Source of the DNA: Balamuthia mandrillaris
Taxonomy: Eukaryota
NCBI GenBank assembly: GCA_031835245.2
Contig: JAVKOQ020000022.1
Coordinates: 124,001 to 188,000, forward strand
DNA length: 64,000 nt
Reading direction: 5' to 3'
A program made the translations under genes and the position numbers. The notes beneath the pieces were generated by a model, which saw nothing but the letters and a program-made list of their open reading frames with translations, ran no database searches and had not been told where the DNA came from. Below, one piece after another: positions 11,620 through 24,466 of this stretch (the first letter of the stretch is position 1; the number at the start of each line of letters is the position of its first letter).

Positions 11620-12018
11620 CACACCACAACCGAACCCACCCGAAAGGTGAACTGCCCAACCAATCTTTCGTTGGGGGCACCAGATAGATGGCACCCATCT
11701 ATCACAGCAAGTCCCCCCTCCCCCCTCCCCCCATCCCCACCTTGTTGGCTGGCCACGAGCGGTATGTATAGACAGGTGTCAGTGCCATAGATATCCAGAT
11801 ACCTGACCTCCCATGGGCTATCATAGCGCGAGGCATGCCCTTCCTTAATGCCAAACATGTCACCAGACAGGAGCACCAAATGAAATATCCGAAACTGTGA
11901 AATTTCAATGATTGCGTTTTCCTTATCCAAACATTTAGCCGAAATTAAAAATTACCTTTTTGAGTATTCGTCGACAAAAATACAGAAGAGAAGAAAAGGA
12001 AAAGAGGAGAAAGGGGGT

Positions 12019-13397
12019 TCACTTGCGTTGAAGCAGCAGAGCAGCGTTGCACAGGTCCAACTGCTGGAGGGTGCGGTTCGTGCACTCGGGTCCCAAGACC
12101 TTGCGCGGATAGGATTGGACGAGGTGGTAGGCTGCCGCTCCGTCGGTGCGATGGAGGGCCAACCAGGCGTGAACGGCGGCCAGAGTGTCGGAGCTCAGGA
12201 ACTCTCCTTTGATGGTGCTGCCCGTCGTCAAGCGGAAGCTCAGGCTCGTCTTTTCTCCACCCGTCTCTTTCTCTTCTGTTGTTGGTGTTGTTGTGGTGGA
12301 TGAGGTGGTTGATGTTGTGGAAGACGGAGGAGAGGAGGCAGAGGTGTCGTTTTGAGCAAACAACCACTCCACAGCCGGTTCGATGCCGGCAAAGTTGGTG
12401 GCGGTCAAAGCTTGCAAGGCCTTCTCCCGCGTGAAACCCAAATCCAGCAACGAAGGCAAGAAGACATCACTCATTTCCGAGTTCTCAACAGCGCCTCCCT
12501 CCTCACCATCATCATCAGGAATAACGATTGCTTGTTGTGGAGGAGAAGTGTCGCTGCCGCCTCCAAGACGGTAGCCTTGACCTCCAAACCCGCTGCCACT
12601 GCCACCAGTCGTTGATGAGGGTGATGCGAAGTTGGAGCCAACGGCGTGTCGTGCTATCTTTGCTTCCAGCTCGGTAGGATTAGCTCCTCTTAGCTCGTCC
12701 ACTTTGGTCCCTCCTTTGTAGAAATGGAAGGTGGGCATGGCGGTGATGCCACACTCAGAGGCGAGCTCGCGCAGCGCGTCCACATCCACTTTTAAGAACC
12801 GCACGTTTGGATACTTGAGGCTCAGGTTCGCAAAGATGGGGGCTATGTGTTTGCTGTTTGTTCGAAAAGGAGAGAGAAGGAGGAACGAAGCAGAAGAAGC
12901 AGAAGAAGCAGAAGAAGCAGAACAAGAAGAACAAGAAGAAGAAGAAGAGGAAGAAGAATAAGAACAAAGAAGAAGAAGAACAACAACAAGAAGAAAAAGA
13001 GGAAGAAGAAGAAGAATAAAAACAAGAGTGAGAAAGAGTAAGGAAAAAGTAGTGCCACAAATAAAAGGATAACGCACCAAGGGCCACACCACTGGGCGAA
13101 AAAGTCGACCACAACGAGGTCCTGTCTCTTGGAGCGCAGCACGTTGCGAAAGTCAGACTCGCCGGAGACCACGTGAACGTTGCCATGCCCCACGTCTGCG
13201 CCGCTGCCCCCACCACCCCCTCCTCCGCCCATTCCCAACAACCCTCCGAACAAGCCGCCCATAAAGCCCGCGCCACCATCACCATCGCCGCCACCACCAC
13301 CGCCCGTTGGCAGTCCCGGTCCAGTGCCCCCTCCTCTTCCCGCTCCTCCTCCCTGCTGCTGCTTGTTCAGATCCCCAAAGCCACGCACATTAGACAT
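12019..13397 (-). CDS. Thioredoxin-SHP box-UBA-UBX protein (p97/Cdc48 adaptor)
   Basis: WCGPC formed across the intron (TG|gt...ag|C); SHP-like FGGQGYRLGG; UBA LLDLGFTREKALQAL...AVEWL; UBX FRLTTG...SYPRKVL. Confidence 0.88.
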
Positions 13398-13541
13398 CTT
13401 CGTTTCTGCTAATCTTTGTCGATTTTTTTTCACACTGAAATTTTTTCCGAGAATTTTTTTGGTGAATGACATCATCACTTAAAATTTTTTGTGCTGCACA
13501 TGTATTGTAGTTATTGTGGAACATTTGGCCTCCTTTACAGG

Positions 13542-15089
13542 TCAGCCGATGGCCTCTTTGTGCTCCTGCACCGCCAACGAGGCGGAGAGCAGCGAAGGAG
13601 AAGAAGAAGAATGGGCGGCAGGGCTCGTTTGCAAAGAGGAACAAGAAGAGGAGGAGAACGATGGAGAGCAAAACACCTCGTCCTCGCTGTCGTAAGGAGG
13701 GCTGCTGAGCTCGCTGCCGGAGTGGGTGGAGTCCTCGGTGGGCAGGAGGGGACCTTCCAGCAGGATCTTGGCTTCTGTGAGCAAGTCCGTTGCGTTCTTA
13801 CGTGACTTTTGCTCCACCAATATCAAGTCCGAACTTTTTTGTAAACAGAAGCATCAGAGAAACGGAAGCAAAGAAAAGATGCAAAAGGTCAATGCAATAG
13901 CTTACCCATAAGTGCTTAAATACAACATGGGAATCTCGGCTCTGGCTAGTATGCTTGACAAATAGCTGACCACTCCTGTTTCAGCTGAAAGATAAACAAA
14001 AAAGAGAGAAAGAATAAGAAAATGGAGAAGAAATTAATCAAGAGAAGGCGAGCAATGAAAGGACGTACAAAAGCCGTGCTTCTTTTTCCTCTGAAAACAG
14101 CACCATGGTTCTGAAAAGGCAATGCAACTGCCAGGGGAGACCTGAAACAGTTTGGCCGATTCCTCATCGATCAATAGTGAAGTCTCTTCATCCACTTGCG
14201 CAAACGAGAAGAACTGGTTTGCTGGCAACACTCTATAACGAAACAAGGATTAAAAATAAGTAGCTGAGCAGAAAGGAACAAAGAGAGGAGATCAACAGAA
14301 CCTATCATTGTAAAAGATTGCACCGAGAAGAGGCTTAGTAGTGTACAACGCATCTTGCTGATTAAAGCTTGCCAGCAAGGAGATGGCAGGCAACGTGGTT
14401 AGCCGTGGAGGGCGACTGGGCAAAGGCGTGCCTATGGACTCTTCTCCAGCGCAGAAGGCTGAGCCAAGGCACGCCATCGCCTGGTCCAATGTGGATTCCT
14501 GTACAAGTATAAAGTCGCTATTGGCTGTGCTCAAATAGTAGATGGGTATTCCTGAACATGCCAAAGGTCTTGAAACGGAGCTGACGACACCGGTTCCAGC
14601 TGTTGAGGAACGTGTTAAGAGGAGAGACAGACAAGAAGAGAGGAAGACAGAAAGAAAGAATAAAGAAGAGAAAGAAGAGATGGAGAAGACAAACTATATC
14701 CCAAGGAGCCCAGCCCGATTTGGATAGCCTTCCAAGAGTACTTGCTCCGGATGAATATGTCTGGTGGGAACAGCTCAAACGCTTTCTTCTCTATCACCAT
14801 TGACGCCTCTCCTTGTGCGCTCGTGAACGAGAAGAACGTCTGTTGCCTTCAAACAAGGGAAAAAAGGGATTTTCGAAGAAGTAAGAAAGAAGCGATGAGA
14901 AAGAAGCAGAGAAAGAAAGGAGACTTACTGGGGGAAGAGCATGAGTTGAATGAGAGTGTAGGCGCATTGGGAGATGTCCTTGGTGCGGAAGGAACATAAG
15001 TACAACTCATAAGGCAGAGGCGTGATAGTGGTTGTAAAGTTGCTCTTTGCATGTTGATAAAAAGACAACTCCGAAGGGCTTCTCTTCAT
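13542..15089 (-). CDS. CASTOR/GATSL-like ACT-domain protein
   Basis: Two repeats of the CASTOR pattern: LIQLMLFP...FFSFTS...WKAIQIG...GVVSSVSRPLACSGIPIYYLSTANSDFILV, and LGAIFY...FFSFAQVDEETSLLIDEE...YLSTY...SDLILV. Confidence 0.8.
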
Positions 15090-15996
15090 TTTATTTCGTT
15101 TGTTGGGGGTTGAATGTCAGAAGAGCGGGCTCCTGCTCTCTTGTTTGCTTGTTGTACACCGTTTGTTGGTCGCTTCTTTGTTCGTTCTTGTCCTCTTATT
15201 TAATACAATACAGTACTGTTATGTGGGCATGTATGAGGGAGAGAAGAGAAAAAGCTTCAAATTCAAAAAAGAGAACAGAAAACTGAGAGAAAGAATAGAA
15301 AGAGAGCACAGCCATTGGTCTGGGTCTCTCTTTCTTCTCTCCTCTCGTTTCTCTCCCTGGTGGTTCCCGAGGAAAAAAGTCGAAGAACTCTCTTTGTTTA
15401 AAAAAAAAAACAAACTTTTTCTCTCTCTGCTATAAAGAAGTTCCAAAGGACAGAAAAAAACAAAAGACAATACAAGAGAGAATATTTTTTAACAAACCTG
15501 GTTGTGACGTTTCGAATAGTTATACAGGTTTTTTTTTGGTTTGTAGTGCGTAGGGTCTCCCTTTGACCACGTTGCTCCGTCCTTGCTTTCCGTCCCCAAA
15601 CTTCTTGTTGCTGTACTGGCGTCCTTGTTCTCCCATTTGAAACTTTATGGTGTCTGGTAATTACCATTACAGCCTCCAACGTACTGGATAAATTGTTGTC
15701 CAAGCGTACCACACGCCGAAGACCCTATATTCATGTGGACAGACACCTCATGAACCCAGGGACCATCCGTAGTCTAAGAGGATTACTAAATAAGTGAATG
15801 CTAGATAATTTCCTGGAAATTTTCCTCATTTATATTTTTCATGCGTTCAACACCAGACGAAAGCAAGTTCATTTTTTCTTTTGAGTTTCACCAACAATAA
15901 TTCGGAAAAATTGTGAATAATTGTCGAATTCTTTAATTTTTGTTTCCATTTCATTTTTCTCCACTATACACCCAACAAGCCAGAAGAACAAGAGAA

Positions 15997-17803
15997 ATGA
16001 GCACGGCCAAGCCCGGTTTCGCTGGCTGCCAGGTTTTGTCGGGTTGGTCCGCCGGCCCTTTTTTCCTTTGGTTGGTGAGCCTCTGCCTCTGCCTTTTCGT
16101 TATCGCTCCTATAGCACACTCTCTCCGACTGCCTTGGGAAGGAGAGCACCACGGTGACGACGGGCTCTTCACTCTTGTCTCTCCCGAGACTGCTCTTTCT
16201 ATTGACCGCCAAACCGAACTCCTCAGAAAGAGCGGCGCCACTCCCCTTAGTTCCCACTTGCTTGCTCGTCCCTCTTTGTCTCCTTCTTTGCTTCACACAA
16301 ACGAAGACCCTTCTGCTTCTTCTCAACCACGACGCCCGGCTGTAACTTTTGTCTCGTTGTCTGACAACCAACGAGCCGTCGCCAACGTGACAGTTCCTTG
16401 GGAAGGAATGCCAGTGGAGGCCGTTCTCATCGGGACGAGAGGAGGTGGCGACATATGGCCGGACGTCTACGCCGGCATCATGCGGGCCGCCTGGCAGGAG
16501 AATGTCACCGTCTATGTCTACATACAACCGGACAACATCAGAGACGGCAAGAACAGGTTGCAGGAGGCTGGGGCCAACGTGTTTGACCTGGAGAACCCCG
16601 CAAAGACCGTTTGGCTGCCTTTCGAGGTGAACTCTGCTTGGGTACACTTCTCTCTGCTCTCCTCTCTTGATCCCTTCTGTAATGCGTCCGTTCTCCTTGT
16701 TCTCATCCCTGACAACGAGCCTGTAAACAGATGAGAGACTATGGACCGCATTTCTACTTTTCCAACACCAGCAAAGCGTTAGAAGGCGGCATCCTCGGAG
16801 CCATCTACGATCGACCAGGAGACTATTACGTGGCGGCCGACTTTGCCAGAAAGAGAGTGGATCTCCCTTACACCAAACTGAACCTGGAGTTCGAGTGGGG
16901 CAACTTTCAAACGAACGGCAAGGGACTCTGCATCATCAGCGACCGCGTCCCAAGCGAAGAGTGGCCCGAGTTTGATAAAGCCGGTTGCGTGGATCTTGCC
17001 GTTGTTAGTGCTCTTGATGGTGAACGTTAGTAACGCCCCCTTTTCTTTTTCTCTTTGCAACACTTAACCACAAGCCGCTAAACAAACAACCACAGCAACG
17101 GGTCATGTCGACTTGTTCATGTTTTGGGCAGACCCCAACACCCTGGTGATCGGCGTTTACACCGAAGCTCAAGACCCAATCAACCACAAGATCATGTTGG
17201 AGGTGGCAGACTCGCTGCGTAAGAAGTACGGCAAAAAGTACGGTTTCGCGGTGGAGTTGATGCCCATGCCTTCTAACTGTCCCAGGGTTGGCCTGAAGGT
17301 TCCTGAGAGCTGCCCTGACACGACGGATGTGAAGATTTATAGGAGCTACACCAACTTGTTGCACCTCAACAAGAAGTTGTTGGTGCCTGTCTATCAGGAG
17401 TCCACCACCTACCAACAGCAAGCGTTGAAGATGTTGGCTTCTGTTGCTAATGGCCGATACAAGTACGCCTCTCTTTCTTCTCATTCTACATTCTTCATTG
17501 TTTTCTTTCTTCTTGTTGCTTCTTTCTCTTAAAACCTCTATTTAACAGATACACTCTCTTTGTAAAAACAATAGGAATGGGATAGTGCCAATCAACTCCG
17601 ACGTGGTGATCAGAATGGAAGGAGCGGTGCACTGCATCACCAAGACCGTTCCCAAGGGAATCATCAAGAGCCATTGCCCGACTTACCTGGACAGCGCCTT
17701 TGGCGGCGTCAGCATTTTGTGCGATAATCACGGCAAATGCTTGTCCAACCGTTGTGCTTGCGAGAACGGTTTTAAGGGCGAGTCTTGCTCTTCTCCTGCT
17801 TGA
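15997..17803 (+). CDS. Secreted agmatine deiminase/Porphyromonas-type peptidylarginine deiminase family enzyme with a C-terminal EGF-like domain
   Basis: Hydrophobic leader; motifs W|MRDYGP, EWGNF, GHVD, SYTN, GAVHCIT (catalytic Asp/His/Cys present); tail CDNHGKCLSNRCACENGFKGESC; 4 exons. Confidence 0.88.
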
Positions 17804-18202
17804 CCGATATGATGAACCAAAAAGAAATAGGCCCCTCTCTTTCAGTCGATAATTCGCACTTTTTACTTAAAAAATCAACAATATTTAATATAAAGCCTTT
17901 TTTACACGATGTTTTCGAATACATCGTAATATTTCGATATTTGTTGTGATAATTTGCGGAAAATAGATCACACATGTCGACATTTAATCCTGATTGGTTG
18001 TATCTGAGCGATCTTAATTAATCAAATAATAAATAAAAGAAAAACAGAAAAAGTAAAACAAGTTTTCCGCCGCCGAAAAGAAGAAAGAAAGCGAGGAAGC
18101 AGCAAGAGGTTCTTCTTCGTTTTTCTTCCAAAGCTCCCGCTCTTTAGCGTCCGACTCACACTGAAATAAAAACTTGGTATTTTTCGTTCCTTCACTAACC
18201 AG

Positions 18203-18251
<49 letters not shown>

Positions 18252-18307
18252 TGTGTGCAGAACTTTTGATTTATTTTCTTTCTCATCGGATCAAAAGAAA
18301 CAAAAAA

Positions 18308-18845
18308 ATGACGAGCATAGAGTACGATGAACATGTCTCCATCAATGCGCCGTTGCCTCCGGACTCGCTAGAAACGGACTCTGAGGCGGAGCCTCTGTTG
18401 AAACGGGCCGCACCCAAATCTGTCCGTTTCAACAGCTCAGCAGAGAGCGAGCGGAGAAGGAATGAGCTCAGGGGAATCGACTTGAGAGGCGGCGAGAAGG
18501 TTGGAATACAAAGGCAGTCCTTTTTGTTCCGTCTTACCAAACGTCTGAGGCCTGAGCATCCCCTCAAATACTACTTGCACCCTCGGCGCCTCTTCCTTCC
18601 CTTCCTTCTCCTTATGGTACGTTTGTTCTATTTTTCCCTCTTTCTTTCTCCCATTCTCTCTCTTTCTCTTCATTTTTCTACCTTCTGATTCTCTTCTCTC
18701 TCTTTCTCTGTTCTGTATTTCTTGCTGCCTGCGACCGCTTTTTTTTACAAATCAATATTCAGCTTGTTGCCGTGGCCACAACCAACCGTGTGATGTTCAG
18801 AAAAATGCTTTATCCAATGAAGAACTATCCTTACTTTATCAGGTC

Positions 18846-18886
<41 letters not shown>

Positions 18887-21232
18887 CTTGTTCTTTCGCC
18901 CTCTCCCTGTTCTCTCTTTCCTCTTCTTATGACGTATTGCTCCATTCTTTTTTCATTTAACTCTAAACAAACAGTCAACTCTCAACAATAATCTATCTTC
19001 CTCTCTTTTGGCCGATCGTTTTCTTCTTCATGTGCTTCACGAAGAGAATAGACAAAGAGCAATTGCGCTTCCCAAAGTGGAAATTTTTGATCATGGGCGG
19101 ACTTGACGCCTTTGCCGGTGTCATGATGATCTTTGGAGGTAACCAAACCTCTGGCTCCATGCAACAACTGCTTACTCAAGCCGTAATTCCAACCACCATG
19201 TTCTTCTCTTGGATGGTTTCCTTGCGTATTTTCCGAAGAATTCTTAACGTCAGGTATTACTACTCTCTATGCGTTCTTGTTCATTCTTGTCTTGTACTTG
19301 TCCTTGTCCTTGTTCTGCTTCTGCTTCTTCTATATCCTTTTGTTCTCTTTTCTTGGTTTTTCACTAATTCTTATGGTTCATTTTCTCTACTATATTTTTA
19401 AATTAATCGTTCGAGAACAGGTACAAATGGGGACATTATCTTGGTGCTACCATCATTATGAGTGGTATTCTGTTGGCTCTCATTCCAAAGATGGTCGAAG
19501 GCTCTGGCTCTAACACAATCTTTGGCATCATTGTTTTTCTTGCTTCCAATAGTTCGTATTCTTCTCTCTCCTCTCCTCTCCTCTCCTCTCCTCTCCTCTC
19601 CTCTCCTCTCCTCTCCTCTCCTCTCCTCTCCTCTCCTCTCTCTCCCTCTCCTCTCTCCTCCCTCCCTCTCCTCTCCCTCTCCTCTCCTCTCCTCTCCCTC
19701 TCCCTCTCCTCCCTCTCCTCTCCTCTCCTCTCCCTCTCCTCTCCTCTCCTCTCCCTCTCCCTCTCCTCTCCCTCTCCTCTCCCTCTCCTCTCCTCTCCTC
19801 TCCTCTCCTCTCCCTCTCCTCCTCTCCTCTCCTCTCCTCTCCTCTCCTCTCCTCTCTCCTCTCCCTCTCCTCTCCTCTCCTCCTCTCCTCCTCCTCTCCT
19901 CTCCTCTCCTCTCTCCTCTCCCTCTCTCTCCTCTCCTCTCCTCCTCTCCTCTCCTCTCCTCTCCTCTCCTCTCCTCTCCTCTCCTCTCTCTCTCTTGCTC
20001 TTCAAACCCGCTGACTGTCTTCAATTTTATTCAAACAAAAAAGTCCCAAATGCGTTTTCTGGTGTCTACAAGGAAGTAGCTTTTAAGGGAGCAGTTGACT
20101 TGGATGTGTTTTACGTGAACGCTTGGGTTGCTTTGTGGCAGTTCTTGGTCGGAATGCTGTTCTTCCCAATCACAGGTACCCTTTCCGATAGTTTCCTTTA
20201 AAGATTGTTCATTCACTCAATACCTAAAAAATCATGCACACAAACAGCCATTCCTGGTTTTGGAGGACTGACTTTCAAAGAGATTCCCGGTAACATTGCC
20301 GATGGTGCCAAATGTCTCGTTGGCATTAACTCGGCACCCGACGACGATTGCCATTGGTCTGCTGTAATGGTGTCCGGCTACATTGCTGCCAATCTCTGTT
20401 ACAATATCTGTATGTCTCCTATCTTCTTCTTACTCTTCCTCTTCTTCTTCCTTTTTGATGATCATTCTATGCATTCTCGTGTATAACGTTCATTTTAACT
20501 CTATCAAAAAACAGTGATTTTGTGGGTGATTAAGTACAGCAGTGCTGCTCTGCTCACTGTGGCCTCTGCCATCGTTCTTCCTCTGGCCAACATTTGCTTC
20601 ACCCTCCACTTCATCATGGGTTCCAACGCTACCTCCCTCTCCGCTTACGATATAGCTGCTCTCTTCATCATTCTTGCTGGTCTCATCATTTATCGACTGA
20701 TGAAGGAGAGCGGACCTTCGGAGGAGGCTGCCGCTGCTGGAGAGGTTATTGTGGAGGATTATGGTCCAGTAGTATTCAACTCGGGCATCGCGCAGCCTGA
20801 ACCAATCGTCATTGGCGTGCGCCCTGAACATCAAGCTAGGTTTGTTGAATTGTCTTTTGAGCTTTCTGTTCTTCTCCTCCTTGTTCTTCTTTCGCTCTCT
20901 CCTTCTCTTTTGCCTCGCTTCCCTCTAATCTCTTTGTCTTTTTTGGTTTGTGACTAAAATATCATTTAAAACCAAAACAAATATTTAAAAGGAACGTAAC
21001 GCAACTGCGTTCAGCATACTTTTCTCGTTTGGGAGTTAGACCAACCAACGCAAACAACACTCACAACTCCGTTCGTAACTACCAGTCTTTCATGGAAGAT
21101 GGTGGCAGCAGCAGCGACTATCAAGCCTCTTCTCCCTCTTTTGAAGATCAACGAAGAAGAGGCGATGGAGACGACGAACTGGATCCAGAAGAAGCAATCT
21201 CCAACGCTTCCGAAACGGATCATCTCATTTAA
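18308..21232 (+). CDS. CRT-like (chloroquine-resistance transporter family) membrane transporter
   Basis: NRVMFRKMLYPMKNYPYF, FPKWKFLIMGGLDA...TSGSMQQLL.QAVIP, SGVYKEVAFK...LDVFYVNAWVALWQFL, VIKYSSAALL. Confidence 0.85.
19560..19992 (+). repeat. Intronic (CTCCT)n-like polypyrimidine microsatellite
   Basis: ~430 bp of C/T-only pentamer repeats inside a transporter intron. Confidence 0.95.
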
Positions 21233-21308
21233 TCCTTATTTATTTCTTCTCTTTCTCGTTTTGTTTCTTTTCTTTCTCCTTACTAAATTCTCTTTGTACT
21301 AAACTGTT

Positions 21309-23805
21309 CTAGTTATCGACAGAAAAGTCCCAAATGCAAAAGATGGAATCTCCGCCAACCAAAACATCATCGTTAAAATCGAGAGCCCAACTGTTGCTGT
21401 ACTCAGCATCACCAATGCAGCACCATTCCTCTCCTGTTTCCACATCCATCACTTTCATCCCTGCACTTTATTTTTTTTTTTTCATCAGCTCTTTTTGGCT
21501 CGTTTTTGTTTTCTTTTTATGTTTTTTGAGACTTGAGAGGAGGGAGAGAGAGAGAAGAGAGAGAGAGAGAACACCTCCCGTGAACGAACAAACCTGGAAC
21601 CGCCAGAGCAAACTAGCCGCAGTTTATCAAAACGGAGGTCACGTATTTCTTTTTTGTTCCAAAGAGTAGAGAAAGTAAACCACATGCCACAAAAAAGCAA
21701 GAGAGACAGGGATAAGCGGAAAGTTACTTGGGAACGGGCGATCGACACGATAACTTCCGCCATCACTGCGCCAGTCCCAAAAGCGAATCGTTCCGTCCAG
21801 TCCCCCACTGTTGGGATAGCATATGATTGTAAGAGCTAGCAGAACCTTTTCATCAACAGCAAAGGAAAAGAAGAGAGGCAGAGGCAACAAACGTGACGAT
21901 TTTGTCGCGGTCAAACTGACAACAAGTGAGGTAATGAGAATGTCCATTCAAAGTGCGAACTGCGGATCTGCTTCTTGTATCCCATATCTTTTTGTTGTTA
22001 CGATAAACAATACGCGAAGAGTGAAAAAAGAAGAGAATGTGTACCTTTACTGTCTTGTCATCTGAACCAGAGACTAATCGATGCCCTCTTAGATACACAC
22101 ACGACACCAACTCCTCGTGTCCTTCGAATGTTTGGATGGCTCTTCCATGCTCAACATCCCACACTTCGGTAACAACATCGACAACATAATAAACAACCAA
22201 ATCAAGAAACAAACAAAGGAAATAAGGGAGCAGAAAAGCAAGCGAAGAGAACAGATAAGAGGAGAGACGTACACCTGATTGTAGCATCGCCAGAACCAGA
22301 AGCCAATTGTTGGTGCCGTTCGTTGAGGCTGAGACTCCATACCGCTCTGCTATGTCCAACCATCGTTTGGAGACATTGCTTTCCGTTTTGTCCTTTTGCA
22401 AGAGGATCCCACATTCGAATGGTGTTGTCGCCACCACCGCTAAACGCCACTTTGCTATTACTCGTCAATTGCACTGGAATTTTTATACAAAATAAATGAG
22501 ACGGGGACAACGCAAGAGAAGAAGACCAGGAAGAAGAAGCAGAAAAAGAACAGGAAGAAGGAACGGAGACGTAGAAGATTAAGATATACCTGCTTTTACG
22601 TGTAAACTATGACCGAGAAGAACAGAGCAGAGGCGACCACGCCTTGCTTTACTCAAGTCCCATACGCAAACTGTTGCATCCTACCAGTTGAAAAAAATGA
22701 AGAAGAACAAAGAAGAATAAGATGAAAAGGGAGAGCAAGAAGGAAGAAAGAATGTAACCTGCGTGGCACAAAGTGCATGGCGTTTGTTGCAGGTAACAGC
22801 CCAAATGGTTGCTCTGTGGTCTTGGTAGTATCGAAACTATATTAGTTTTCGGCATAACAAAAGAGTTGAGCGTAACATGGAATGAACCAACCATAACATG
22901 GAATGGTTTTGTAGTGACCCGACTTCCATCTTCTCTCGATGTCGTAGAACCGTTTGTAACTCTCTTTCCACGTTATTCCCTCTTTTTGTTTTTGTTGTAG
23001 ATGTTGGAGGAACGACACTTTAGCGTAAACACGAAGAAGAACAGAAGAAGAACAAGAACAAGAACAAGAAGAACAAGAACAAGAACAAGAAGAACAAGAA
23101 CAAGATGAAGAAGAGGAACAAGATGATGAAAAGAAGAAAGAATAAAAAAGAGAAATAAAGAAGAAAGAAAGCAAACTATATACTCTGTCTGGACTTGGAG
23201 AAGGCCACAGAGTGAGCCGTGCGAGCGGCGTATTTGCTCCTCAAGAAGAAGTGCCGCCACAGCGCCTCCTCCGAGGCGATCTCCCAAAAGAGTTTGGCGG
23301 TCAAAGCCACGGAGCAAACGTCCGTCGGCGAGCGCAGCTGTTTCATGATCTGAAGCAAGAGTTCTGCTGGCAGCATGTCTAATCGAAAGGAAGGAGCAGC
23401 AACAGAAGAGGGAGAAAAAGAAGAAGAAGGAGAAGGAAAAGTAGGTGGAGGAGGCATTATTGGTTGAGCAGCGAGAGAGGCAGAAGCAGAAGAAGAAGAA
23501 GGTTGAGAAGCGAGAGGGGCAGAAGAAGAAGCTGGTTTATGTCTTTTTCTTGGGAGAAAGCACAAAGAGAGGCGATCCGTTCGGCGTGGTTGCGACGTTT
23601 TGATAAAGTCCCTCTTTTTGGTTTGAACGGTGGTGGGTACGGGTGGATGACATTTGGTTTCCATCATCACCCTCCTCCTCCACACCGTCCCTCCCTCCCC
23701 CCTCGAGGCAGAGCAAGGGCGCGCGACGTCCCGTGGTTCCGTTCGATTTGCGGGCAGTTCTCCTTCTTCTTTCTCCCTTCTTTCTCTCCAAGGAATGTCA
23801 ACCAT
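21309..23805 (-). CDS. F-box/WD40 repeat protein (start codon uncertain)
   Basis: F-box LDMLPAELLLQIMKQL...LWRHFF; WD40 repeats GHSRAVWSL...SGSGDATIR, GHEELVSCV...SGSDDKTVK, GHSHYLTCCQFD...SGGLDGTIRFWD. Confidence 0.85.
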
Positions 23806-23889
23806 GTTGGGGGCACCAAGAAGAGCAGGAAAGAAGGCAGCACCGCTGCTGTGTCGAAACCTGTGGCAACCCTCTTTGCAAAGGTTCGA

Positions 23890-23926
<37 letters not shown>

Positions 23927-24005
23927 TTCGCTCTCGTGTTATTGGTATGAACAAAGCCATGAGCGGAAGAAGCATGACTCCCATTATGATGGTGTTCACA
24001 GCATT

Positions 24006-24151
24006 CCAAGGCCGCCACCACAATGCAGCAAGCCAACCAAGACCACCACCACCACGGGCACCGTCACTTGCCACCACAAGTCATTATCGTTGTCGTCACC
24101 ATCCTCATCGCTTTGGTCCACACTGCTTCTGTCATCTGACCCATTGCTCTC

Positions 24152-24184
<33 letters not shown>

Positions 24185-24411
24185 GGAGTTGCTTGGTGGA
24201 GAAGAGGAAGAGGAGGAGGAGGAGCTCTCATCCTCTGAGAAGGCTCTGGTGTTCCTCTGCAGCAGGGCCTGTCGTACTGATGGAGGAAAAGTCAGGGAAT
24301 CCGTTGCCATCCACATCCACCCACTCCATGCGGTCATTTGAAGGAAGTGGAAGAGGAGAGGAGCTGCCAAACTCCACATCCGTCACACCTGCTCTCATCC
24401 ATCAGTGAGAA

Positions 24412-24466
<55 letters not shown>

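Noticed and set aside
15398..15800. High-complexity intergenic stretch with a 104-aa ORF
   Set aside because: No recognisable domain; explained as 5'UTR/promoter of the divergent genes
19331..19341. ATATCCTT U12-type donor motif
   Set aside because: Lies inside a normal GT-AG intron, not at an exon boundary
19398..20201. Long ERRG-/SSPLL-repeat ORFs on both strands
   Set aside because: Stop-free translations of an intronic (CTCCT)n microsatellite; the same applies to 30048-30993, 5396-5861 and 54394-54762
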